Below, piece after piece: positions 1-11,160 of a stretch of 64,000 bases of DNA (position 1 is the first letter of the stretch; each line of letters starts with the position of its first letter). Under the pieces are notes generated by a model. The model was given only the letters and a program-made list of their open reading frames with translations. It was not told the DNA's origin and made no database searches. The position numbers and the translations under genes were made by a program. Source of the DNA: the human T2T-CHM13v2.0 reference genome, Homo sapiens; the NCBI RefSeq assembly GCF_009914755.1, contig NC_060941.1, one strand, 5' to 3'.

Positions 1-1406
1 CAGTTCAAAGTCTTGACTAAGACAAGAGAAGTCCCTTCCACCTATGGGTTTGTAAAATCAAAAGCAAGTTAGTTACTTCCAAGATACAATGGGGGTACAG
101 GCATTGGGTAAATGCTCCCATTCCAAATGGAGGAAATTGGCCAAAACAAAGGGGCTACAGATTCCATGCCAGTCCAACTTGCAGTCATTAAATCTTAAAG
201 CTCTGAAATAATCTCCTAACCAAAATAAGCTCCTCACATCCATTGCATGCTGATACAAAGGGTGAGCTCTCAAGGCCTTGGGTAGCTCAGTCCCTGTGGC
301 TTTACAGGGTACAGCCCCCACAGCTGCTGTCATGAGCTGGTGTTGAGTGCCTGTGGCTTTTCCAGGCACACAGTGCAAACTGTCAATGAATCTACCTTTC
401 TGGGGTCTGGAAGATGGTGGCCCTCTTGTCACAGCTCCACTAGGCAGTGCCATAGTGGGGACTCTGTGTGGAGCTTCAACCCCACATTTCTCTTCTGCAC
501 TGCCCTAGCAGAGGTTCTCCATGAGGGCTCCATCCCTGCAGCACACTCCTGCCTGGACTTCCAGACATTTCAATCCATTCTCTGAAATCTAGACGGAGGT
601 TTCCAAAGCTCAACTCTTGTCTTCTGCACACCTGCAGACCTACCACCACATGGAAGCCACCAAGACTTGGGGCTTGCACCCTCTGAAGCAATGGCCTGAG
701 CTGTACCTTGGCCCCTATTAGCCATGGCTGGAGCTGGAGCAACTAGGATGCAGGGGGACACCAAGTACCGAGGCTGCACAGAGCAGTGGGGCCCTGTGCC
801 TGGCCCATGAAACTATCTTTTTCTAGTAGGCTTTGGGGCCTGTGATGGGAGGGACTGCTACAAAGATCTCTGACATGCCCTGGAGACATTTTCCCCATTG
901 TCTTGGCTATTAACATTTGGCTCTCATTACTTGTGCAACCTCCTGCAGCTGGAATTCCTCCCAAGGAAGTGAGTTGTCCTTTTCTACAACATGATCAGGC
1001 TGCAAATTTTCCAAACTTTTATGCTTTGCTTCCATTTTAAACATAAGTTCCACAGATCATCTCTCTCAAGTTCAAAGTTCCATAGATCTCTAGGGCAGGG
1101 GCAAAATGCCACCAATTTCTTTGCTAAAGCATAGCAAGAGTGACCTTTGCTTCAATTCCCAATTAAGTTCCTCATCTCCATCTAAGACCACCTCAGCCTG
1201 GACTTCATTGTCCATATCATTATCAGCATTTTAGTCAAAACCATTCAACAAGTCTCTAAGAAGTTCCAAACTTTCCCACATCTTTCTATCTTCTTCTGAG
1301 CCCTCCAAACTGTTCCAACCTCTGCCTGTTACCCAGTTTCAAAGCTGCTTCTACATTTTTAGGTTATCTTTATGGCAGCACCCAACTCTCTACAGTACCA
1401 ATTTCC
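1..1406 (-). mobile_element. MaLR (THE1/MST-type) internal sequence, truncated by the window start
   Basis: Colinear with the THE1 internal region at 14600-16092 (e.g. gcaagttagttacttcc...gatacaatgggggtacaggcattgggtaaat) and abuts an LTR at 1407. Confidence 0.92.
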
Positions 1407-1778
1407 TGTATTAGTTCGTTTTTGCTCTACTATAAAAAACTTCCCTGAGACTGGGTAATTTATAAAGGAAAGAGATTTAATGGACTTACAGCTCCATATC
1501 ACGGGGGAGGCCTCGGGAAACTTATAATCATGGAGAAAGGGGAAGGGGAAGCAGGACCTTCTTTGCAAGGCATCAGGACAGAGAGGGAGTGTGAAGGAGG
1601 AACTACTAAACACTTTTAAAACCATCAGATCTCATAAGAAACCACTCACTATCATGAGAACAGCATGGTGGAAACTGCCCCCATGATCCAGTCACCTCCC
1701 ACAAGGTCCCTTCCTCCACACATGGGGATTACAGTTTGAGATAAGATTTGGGTGGGGACATAGAGCCAATCCATATCA
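1407..1778 (-). mobile_element. THE1D-like 5' LTR, inserted into an older L1MA
   Basis: tgtattagt...ccatatca termini (reverse complement of TGATATGG...ACTAATACA); ggggaagcaggaccttc and cacatggggattaca motifs. Confidence 0.85.
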
Positions 1779-2685
1779 ATTCCCAAAACTTTTAATTTTA
1801 TAACTGAAATTTTGTTCCCTTTGGCCAGCATCACCCAATTTCCCCCACTCCCAGCCCCTGGAAACCACCATCCTACTCTCTACTTGCATTATTTTGACTT
1901 TTTTACATTTTACATATAAGTGAGATCATGCAGTATTTGTCTTTCTGGGTTTAGTTTATTTCACTTAGCCTACTGTCCTCCAGGTTTATCCATGTTGTCA
2001 CAAATGGCAGGATTTTCTCCTTATGGATGAATAATATTCCATTGTATATGTGTACCACCATTTCTTTATCCACTCATTCATCTATGCACACTGAAATCGT
2101 TTCCATATCTTTGCTATTGTGAATAATGCTTCATTGAACATAGGAGTGCAGATATCCCTTTGAGATATTGATTTTTCCTTTAGGTATGTACCAGAAGTGG
2201 AATTGTTGAATTGTACAGAGTTCTATTTTTAATTTTTTAAGGAACCTCCATTCTGCTTTTCATAATGGCTGTACTATTTTACACTTCCATGAGTAGGGTT
2301 GGTGGGACAAGGCAGGAGAGTTCCCCTTTCCCCACACTCTTGCTAGTACTTATCTCTTTTTTCATAATGGCCATCATAACAGGTGTGAGGTGATATCTAA
2401 TTGTGATTTTGATTTGCATTTTCTCAATGATTAGTGATAGTAATACTGAGCGTTTTTTCATATGCCTATTCACCATTTGTATATCTTTGGAAAAATGTCT
2501 ATTCAAGCCCTTTGCCCATTTTTCGATCATGTGATTTGGCTTTTGGTGTGTTTTGTTTCTTTTTGCTATTAACTTATGTAAGTTCTTTGTATATTTTGGA
2601 TATTAACCCCTTATTAGATAGAGAATATTTGCAAATACTTTCACCCATTCCATAGTTTGCATTTTTATTTTGTGGATTGGTCCTT
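1779..2685 (-). mobile_element. L1MA-type 3' fragment (ORF2 C-terminus and 3' UTR)
   Basis: ataagtgagatcatgcagtatttgtctttctg; minus-strand ORF 2279-2530 resembles the ORF2 C-terminus ([16 protein letters not shown]...RYHLTP). Confidence 0.85.
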
Positions 2686-3699
2686 ATAACCACTTAGAAG
2701 AGATTGACAATCATCTATTACTCTCATTCTGAGTATGTCATTGGATGAAGCCTTTTAGGCAAGGGTTCTCAGGAGGCTCCTGGTAATGAGGTTGCAATGA
2801 TTGGCAGCTGCTTCCTGGGACATCACTGGTTAGTATGGCTGAGTGGGGAGTCTGAGGGTACTAAACTAGAGGAAGAGAGACTGAAACTTCAGTTTCTAAA
2901 TCTGACTGTGCCAGCTTCTCTCCTGACTTGAAACTGGAGAGCCATTATTGACCTTAGTTCTTCCAGCAACACCCCATCCCATCTTCCTTTAATTCCACTT
3001 TAAAAGCCCATTCTTAAACTCTTATTTCCCTCTTGGCACAACTAGTGTGTTATTCTTCACCACAAAGGCTCTCTCTACTTAGTAATTTAAAGCAGTTTAC
3101 GTCAGAATGACATTAATTAGGTCAGGATCCATTGAAACCCCTTGTGAAAGATATTTTTTTTTTCTTTTTTAAATAATGAAATGCAGGGAAACTACTCTTT
3201 GTGCAGTGAACATGAGAGCTTACAGGGTTGAGGAATTCAATAAATACAGGCAGCTAGGGGTGATTAAGGACAAGTCAAATCTTTAAAAGGATAAAGTATA
3301 TAGTTTCCAAAACACCCATTTCTGGGTATAGGCTGAAGACTAGTATCTTTTGCTTATAACTTGTTTTAGCAAAATTCCAGCATTTAATTATTAGTTTGGT
3401 GAATGACCACACCAGACCATTTAGTGTAACGTGACAGGCCCTGAAGGGAGTAGTCAGTAATTTGAAACACTAACCATGTGTTTTGTCTGAAAAATTAATA
3501 CGTGTAGCATGATTAGAGTGGCAGGGTTCCACCAATCAAAATGTAGAAAAAAACTCCATAGTACTAATAAAGGCAGTTACTGTTCTGGCTTATGGAAGAC
3601 ATAATAGATGCTATATATTAATAATTCACTATGTGCCATTGCTATTAATGAATTATCTCATTTTATCTTCTTGCCCACTATACAAGCTAGATAATAACA

Positions 3700-3910
3700 A
3701 AAAGAGCTAATATTGTTGAGCATACACTATGTTCCACAAATTTTTACATGTGTTATTAATCTTTCCCATTCTTCATAATATGATAATATCCCTGCATTAA
3801 ACATGAAAAAAACTGAGGATTTAAAAAGTGTAACTAACATTAATAGTACATGAGAGAGGCAAGACTTAAAATAAGAATTATCTAACTCTAGTGCTCATAT
3901 CCTTAACAGC
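3700..3910 (-). mobile_element. MIR
   Basis: Degenerate MIR core (tgagcatacactatgttcca...aaactgaggattta...ctaactctagtgctcat). Confidence 0.55.
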
Positions 3911-4173
3911 AACTGTATATGAAAAGATGAGTAAAATCAGACTAACCTCGAGGAAGTGGAAGATTGTGGACTAGATTTGGGCAAAGTCTTAACTGCACAT
4001 ATTTTAAAAAATATTAGTTCCACTCCATCATGTTTAATTACAAATAGCGTCTCCTATTAGGCTAGTCAATAGAGATCCTTGAGGATTTATTTTAATGATT
4101 ACCAAGACAGACTTGTAATTGCACAGATAGATTTAAAGGGCTTGCAAAGAACTTGTTAGAAATCATAACAATA

Positions 4174-4487
4174 GGCAAGGTGCAGTGGCTCACACCTGTA
4201 ATCCCAGCGGCAATTTAGAGACCAAAGTGGGCACATCCCTTGAGCTCAGGAGTTTAAGACCAGTGTGGGCAACATGGCAAAACTTTGTCTCCACCAGAAA
4301 AAAAAAAACAAAAAACAAAAACTTAGCTGGATGCAGTGGCACACACCTGTAGTCCCAGCTACTTGGGAGGCTAGGACGAGAGGATCACTTGAGCCCAGGA
4401 GGTTGAGGTTGCTGTGAGCCACGATTGTACCACTGCCCTCCAGCCTGGGTGACAGGGTGAAACCGTGCATCAGAAACAAACAAAAAG
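4174..4487 (+). mobile_element. AluJ
   Basis: Dimeric Alu with expanded A-rich linker; J-type gaggatcacttgagcccaggagg; degenerate agaaat... TSD. Confidence 0.9.
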
Positions 4488-4574
4488 AAATAGTAATAAA
4501 AGTCACCATTTATTAGAGACATTATCACAAATACTGACTACAACTCTGGAAGATAGACACTAACTTATTAGATA

Positions 4575-5155
4575 TTGATGGATTGCCTTCTCAACGAGTC
4601 ATTGTCCTCCTCTCCATTTTTAACAATTTTAGTTGAACTGTCCACTTTACTTTTGTGGTTTTATGCTGCAAGTGAAGCGGGCTCAAACTGCAGCCTTATG
4701 GGTGAATCATCATGAAACTAAGCCAGTTATAATGATGCAGCCACTCTTACCAGTGATGGGCACGGCCATATAGCACAATTCTAGCTGATAAGATATGAAA
4801 AGCAGACTGCACAGGAACTCTGAAAAGGGTTGCTTCCTCATTGACTTAGAGTCCACAGGAAGAAAACATCCTCTTCCTCCACTGGTCATTGTTATGCCTG
4901 TATGTGATGCCTGGAATGACTACTACCTCTTATGACAGTAAGGGGAGTCTGACAAGCACTAAAGTGGATAGAGAGAAAATAGAGGGGAGAAAACCCCAAG
5001 GGCATGATGATGTTGAGTTGCTAATTCACCAACCCTACTTTTCTTACCTCAAAACTTCCTGCAGTGTGAGATAATAAATTTTCTGTATCAATTCAGGTAA
5101 ATCAGGGTGTTGTTTGTGTGTGTGACCTGCAGCTCAAAGCTTCCTAACCGATAGA
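4575..5155 (+). mobile_element. ERVL LTR, LTR33-like
   Basis: 3' end gtgagataataaatttt...ctgcagctcaaagcttcctaaccgata resembles the LTR33/LTR16 terminus. Confidence 0.6.
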
Positions 5156-5589
5156 TTTGTCATCCCTATGATGCTGAGATGGAAAACAGGGTTCAAGCAA
5201 ATTGAGTACTTGCCTAACTTTGCATTCAATAAATGATGAAGCAGGATTTATATGGAAGTTTGTATGACCCCAGAGCCTGTGCTTTGCTGTAACACACCAG
5301 ATCTTACTCTTCCCTCCATAGGCTCCGTTTGTGTTCCAAACCCCTTTCTCCCTGGGAGACTTGAGGGCAATAAAAATGAATGTTTCACTGCATGCTGAAT
5401 TTCTCCATCTGCATGTGCAGATGGGGATACAGTAATGCGTAAGAAGTCTTCTCAGGTCTTCCATGACACTCTGCCAGCACACATGCTAAAAAAAACAAAA
5501 AAAAACAAAAAACAAAAAAAAAAAACCTTTCTTCAGTGCTACATTAAAATGCCTTGATGGCTTGCCGTTGTACAACTCAAGATTCCATC

Positions 5590-6650
5590 TCAGAAATTCT
5601 AACAAATCAATAGCAAGAAAAGAAATAACCCAATTAAAAATGGGCAAAGGACTGGAATAGACATTTCTCAAAAGAGGACATACAGATGGCCAACAGGAAT
5701 ATGAGAAAACACACTCGACATCACTATCATTAGGGAATGCAAATTAAAACTACAATGAAGTACCACCTCACACCTGTTATAGTGGCTATAAGAAAAAAGA
5801 GGAAAGTGTCAGCAAGAATGTGGAAAAAAAGGAACTTTTGTACATTATTGGCAGGAACATAAATTGGTACAGTTACTATGGAAAACAGTATGGAACTTCC
5901 TTAAAAAAATAAAATTAGAACTACCATATGACCCAGCAACCCCACTACTGGGTATATCTCCAAAGGAAATGAAATCAGTATGTCAAAGAGATATCTGCAC
6001 TCCATGTCCATTGCAACATTATTTACAACACCCAAGATATTGAAACAACCTAAGTTGTTCATCAATGAATGAATAAAGAAAGAAAATGTGATACATATAC
6101 ACAAAGTAAAACTATTCAGCCTCTAAAAATGAAGAAAATCCTAACATTTGTGGCAACATGGATGAATCCAAAAGACATTATGTTAAGTGAAATGAACCAT
6201 GCACAGAAAATTAAATATGACATGATCTCACTTATATGTATAATCTAAAAATTCAGACTCCTAGAAGTAGAAAGTAGAATAGTGGTTATTAGAGCTGAGG
6301 TTGGAGGAAAGGACTGGAGAGATATTGATCAAAGGAGATAAAATCTCAGTTATCCAGGAGGAATCAGTTTAAGAGACAGGAGGAATAAGCTTAAGAGATA
6401 TATTGTACAACATGATAATTAAAGTTAAGAGTAATGTATTTTACTCTTGAAAATTACTAAAAGAGTATTTTGGGTGTTCTCCACACAAAAAAATGAGATG
6501 TATATGAGGCAAATATATTAATTAGCTTGCTTTAGTCATTCTACAATATACACCTATTTCAAAACATCATATTATATACTGTAAATATATATAATTTATA
6601 TATGTCAAGTAAAAAATAATAACAAATTTAAAAATCTGAATTTAAAAAAT
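5590..6650 (+). mobile_element. L1MA-type 3' fragment inserted into an L2
   Basis: aacccaattaaaaatgggcaaagg...gacccagcaaccccactactggg, L1MA 3' UTR and A-rich tail; L2-like sequence on both sides. Confidence 0.88.
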
Positions 6651-7140
6651 ACTCCCTGTCTCCTTATCAGTACCTACAAGGCCCAATCAATCTGGCCTCT
6701 ATTTTCCTCATCTTTTTCTACCCAGACAGCCTCATGATGGAGGACTCAGTACAAGTCATTTCTCATTTCTTCCAAGTACATTCTCCTTCCCCCCTTTGAG
6801 CTTCTGCAAGTTCGATTTCCTCCACCTTGACTACTCTTATTTCTCTTCTTTACTGACATACTTCCTTCTCATCCTTCAGGTCATATTTTGACATCACTTT
6901 TTGTCCTCTTTTAAGTCTTCTAATTCTCCTTTAAATCACTTATCACAGTGATATTTGCTTAATTTATCTAAATATTTACTTGTTTAATGCCCGCCCTCCC
7001 CCCAAAATTGCAAGCTATAGAATGGCAGAGGCTGTGTTGATCTTACTAAACACTACCTTCTCTGGCTCTTAGCCTGAAGAATTGAATTTGGGGTATACTC
7101 AATAAATATCTATTGAGTGAGTGAATGATGAATGAAGAAA
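6651..7140 (+). mobile_element. L2 3' fragment
   Basis: cctacaaggccc...ctggcctct and terminal ctcaataaatatctattgagtgagtgaatg. Confidence 0.7.
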
Positions 7141-7217
7141 GCCCTCTACTGCTTGTTCATATAGGGAGAAAGGAGTGATCATGGGTCTGCTTAGATGGGA
7201 AACTGGGAGAAGCACAT

Positions 7218-7574
7218 TGTATTAGTCTGTTCTCATGCTGCTAATAAAGATATACCTGAGACTGGGTAATTTATAAAGGAAGAGGTTTAATTGACTCACA
7301 GTTGCGCGTGGCTGGGGAGGCCTCAAAATCATGGTGGAAGGCAAAGAGGAGCAAAGTCATGTCTTACAGGGTGGCAGGCAAAGAGAGTGTGTGTAGAGGA
7401 ACCCCATTTATAAAACCATCTTGTGACACTTATTCTCTGTCATGAGAACAGCATGGGAAAGACTTGCCCGCATGATTTCATTACCTTCCACTGTGTCCCT
7501 CCCATGACATGTGGGAATTATGGGAACTACAATTCAAGATGAGATTTGGATGGGGACTCAGCCAACCCATATCA
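7218..7574 (-). mobile_element. THE1C-like solo LTR
   Basis: tgtattagt...ccatatca termini with perfect 5-bp TSD CACAT (7213-7217 and 7575-7579). Confidence 0.93.
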
Positions 7575-7699
7575 CACATATATGTATATTTTTTCCACAC
7601 TCTAAATCTGGCCTAGTCTTACAACATTGTCTGCCATGCCCCTATTCTAATCTACCATCATCTTCCCTTGAACCCACACACTGCCCCGCTTCTTAGGAA

Positions 7700-8312
7700 C
7701 CTGGCTTTCAGTCATGCCTTTTAAACTCACATTCATCCAGTATACACCAGTTCATTCTCCACACAACAGCTACAGTGATATTTAGCAGATCATGTCATTG
7801 CTCACTCTTCACTTTACTTTGACAAGTGGAGCAAGATCCAATGTTCTTCAAAGTTCTACATAATTTGACTGTGCCTACCTGTCATGCCTCATCTTCCACC
7901 AGCCTCTCCCTGGCTCACCATGTTGCATTCACTCTGGCCTGTTTCTGTTCCCCAAGCACACTCATCAAACCTTTTGCTCCTGATATATATTCTCTGCCCC
8001 AGACCTATGCAGGGCTGCCTAATTATCAGTAGGCACTATCACTCAGATTCCATGACTAAAGTATTCCTCAGCCTTTACAAGCTCTGCCCCATTACTCTAT
8101 TGTATTTTCTTCATATCTCCCTCATTGTCTGAAAAAATATTTTTATTTGTTGATTTAGGAATTTATTGTCTGTTTCCCACTACTAAAATAGAAGCTGCTT
8201 GAGGGCCTGCATCTCATCAGTCTTGCTGTCTATGTATGTACATCACTTTGAATTATGCCTAGCACACAGGAAGAACAAAACAATAATTTCCCAAATGAAT
8301 AGATGAATGAGT
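7700..8312 (+). mobile_element. L2 3' fragment
   Basis: ttctccacacaacagc...agatcatgtcatt...cctagcacacagg...aatgaatagatgaatg. Confidence 0.7.
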
Positions 8313-8809
8313 GCACTCAAAGAGGTGAGTTATTGCACAGTTAGGTTCAGATTTGACAAATATTTATTGTGCCATTCAAGCAAGAATGCCATGTAGGTAT
8401 GGAAATTGCAAACATGATTATGATCCACTTCACCCTCAAAGTGCCCAAATACTGTACTAAGGATTGCTGTATGAAGGAATGTTCTCATATGGTATAAGTG
8501 TTGTAGTAGATGCATACAAAAAAACAAAAAAGCACTTGGGGCCCTAGATGGCAATGATCATGTCTCCTTTCAAGAATCAGGACAGGCTTCCCAAGGGAAC
8601 TCTTGAGGATGAGTAGGAGTTTTCCAAATCATTTTTGGGATATCTCAGCATTTCAAGAAAAGATAAATGAGTGTCCAAGGAAGTAGAGTCATATATCAAG
8701 TTGGTGTGTTGGGAAAACTGATGGGTTTTCCATGGCTGGAATGTAGAGTTTGTGAGTAAGGAGAAGTACAAGCTAAGCTGGAGAATAGATAAAACAGAAG
8801 TCCACTCAA

Positions 8810-9365
8810 TATTCTGTCATCCCTCTACAAATAGTGCCCCTTCCACTGGAATAACTCTCCACTCCATGTGGCCCTTGTGTAGCCTCTATCAATAACCGTA
8901 CAAGGCTTTCTGGCTCTAGAATAGGGCTTGTGATGCATTTATAACCATCTTAGTTCACTAATCCCCTGCATACAGTGATTTGCCAAGGAGCGATCAGGCT
9001 CTTCCCTGATATTTTATATACAGATACCAGTAGAAAGTGGCTTTATTCTTTTCCTGAGGTCATTAAGCTGGGATAATATTAAGCTAGAAAAGTCTACGGC
9101 CATGTATTCTGCCCCCACTTTTTTCACTTCCCCATTACAAAAGACTAAAAGAGTTTGAGACATAGAAAAGAGAGAGAGGGAGAAGAGAGCACCGGACATA
9201 TATAGAGGTCCATATATAGAGACAGCATTTGGATTCTCAGAAGCCTCAGAGCCAGTTCCATCCCCTAAACACTCTAGTTATTATATAAACCGGTATATTT
9301 CTTTTTGTTTGTACTAGTTTGTGGTGTATTTATGGCAATTGCACCCAGAGTATTGAAAAACATAC
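8810..9365 (+). mobile_element. Old ERVL LTR (LTR16-like) interrupting a minus-strand L2
   Basis: aatcccctgcatacagtgattt and terminal ggcaattgcacccagagtattgaaaaacata; L2-like flanks at ~8350-8800 and 9370-9835. Confidence 0.45.
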
Positions 9366-9369
9366 TGTG

Positions 9370-9835
9370 GTGTTTAGGTTAATGTAGATTATAGGAAGAA
9401 AAGAGATTGGGAGAAAATGTAATATATTTACTCTTGGACATGCTAAGTTTGAGATGCTTATGGGAACACCCAGGCACAGATGTCCAAGGGGTAATTAAAC
9501 ATATGATCCTGTTATTCAAAAGAAAGGAATGATCTGGCAATATAAATTTAGAGCCTGTTGGGATAAATTTGATTGTTGCAGATACAGGCCTTTATAAAAT
9601 AATTTATGGAAAGTATGGAGAGCAATAGAAAATAGAAACCAAGGAAAAAGCCCTAGGGAACAATCTCTTGAAGGAACATGGGTAGATGAAGAGAAGAGCT
9701 TCAAGGCTACTGAGACAATGTCTGAGAGGGAAGAGAATAAGGAGAGAGGGGACTTCCAGAAGCCAGAGATGTAAATTATTCCAAAGAGATTGTTCTGGAT
9801 AAGAATCCTAAATGATGCAGAAGTGGAGTATGATA
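9370..9835 (-). mobile_element. L2 fragment
   Basis: ttggacatgctaagtttgagatgc...agatgtccaag...agaagccagaga is typical antisense L2. Confidence 0.7.
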
Positions 9836-9839
9836 AGGT

Positions 9840-10306
9840 CTGTATTCATTAGGTACATGCTACAATGACAAATTAACTCCAAAACCCCCTTGGCTTAAGA
9901 AAACAAAGGTTTACTTCTTACTTGTATTATACGGCCATTGCTGGTTGATACTCCATGTTGTTACTCAAGGACCTGGGACGGCTGAGGCTTCCCCATCTTA
10001 TAACCACAGCATATGGATCCTGAACCATCCTAGCCACTGGGATGGAAGAAAAGAGGCTGGAGACCACACATGAGCACATCACTGCCTCCATCTAAAAGAG
10101 AATAGGAGAAAATGTAACATATTTACTCCCGGACACGCTAAGTTTGAGATGCTGAGATATTGCTGAGACAATGCTGACACAATGTCTTGGCACACATTTC
10201 ACTGACCAGCACTAGTCACATGATTCTGACTGTTTACAAGGAAACTAAGAAATGTAAGGGACACAATGGGATTTTGGATGTGGTGAGCACTACTGTCTCC
10301 ACCACA
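9840..10306 (-). mobile_element. Old MLT1 (J/K/L-like) LTR containing a templated insertion
   Basis: ggcttaagaaaacaaaggtttacttct...cacatttcactgaccagcactagtcacatg...ctccaccaca. Confidence 0.7.
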
Positions 10307-10399
10307 GAAACAAAGAAGTAACTTTTGGATTTGTCTTATCCATAGGTCTTTGGTGATTTTAACAGGAGCACATTCACTGGAGCAATGAGGCTGGAAACC

Positions 10400-11160
10400 A
10401 GGACCATGTTAGGTGCTTTTATAGACTTCAGTATACTTTAACACATTTAATTGTGACATAATCCTGTGAAACAGGTATTAATGTTGACATTTTACAAAAG
10501 GGGACACTGAGGCTCAGTAAATGTTACTCAGTGACTGGACTATTAGCTATTTACTGTTTGCTAAGTGTCAAAACTGGGGATTCAGCAAAACAGAGACACA
10601 TCCCTGACTTCATGGAGCTTATGATCGTGTACAATATACAAGCAAATATGAAATTACAGCTCTGGAGCATGCTGGAAATGAAGCTCCAAGATGCTGTACA
10701 TGGGAGCCAATAACTAGCCTGGCACAGGGATGAATGAATGCTTCACCAGGTGGGTGATGAGTCAGAGTTCAGCACGCAGAGTTGTGGGGTTGGGGTGACA
10801 GTGGCGTATCCATTCTTCAGATAGAGGAAAGAGTATGTGCAGGGCATTATGTCACATGAGCGGAGTTTGAGGTACTAAAAGGCCAGTGTGCCTGAATCAT
10901 AAAGAACCAGGAGAAGGAAGCATGATGTAAGATGCAGCTTAAGAGGTGACATGAGACAGGGCTGCCCTGATTCCTGTGGGCTAAGTTGAAGATAGTAAAG
11001 CCATCTAATATCTCAGCAGAAGTCTGTTGGCTTGCTTGTCTCTCCAGAATTCATTGTCTCAAATAATCAGACCAAAGTCACAGAGATATGCTAAGACTCT
11101 AACCCAAGTCCAGCCTCCTCGAAGCTGGTCCACCTCTCTTCACTAAACTCCAGCTGCCTC
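10400..11160 (-). mobile_element. MIR split by an L2 fragment
   Basis: MIR core cattttacaaaaggggacactgaggctcag (~10490-10520), L2 at ~10540-11000, MIR resumes at ccaaagtcacag (~11072). Confidence 0.55.
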
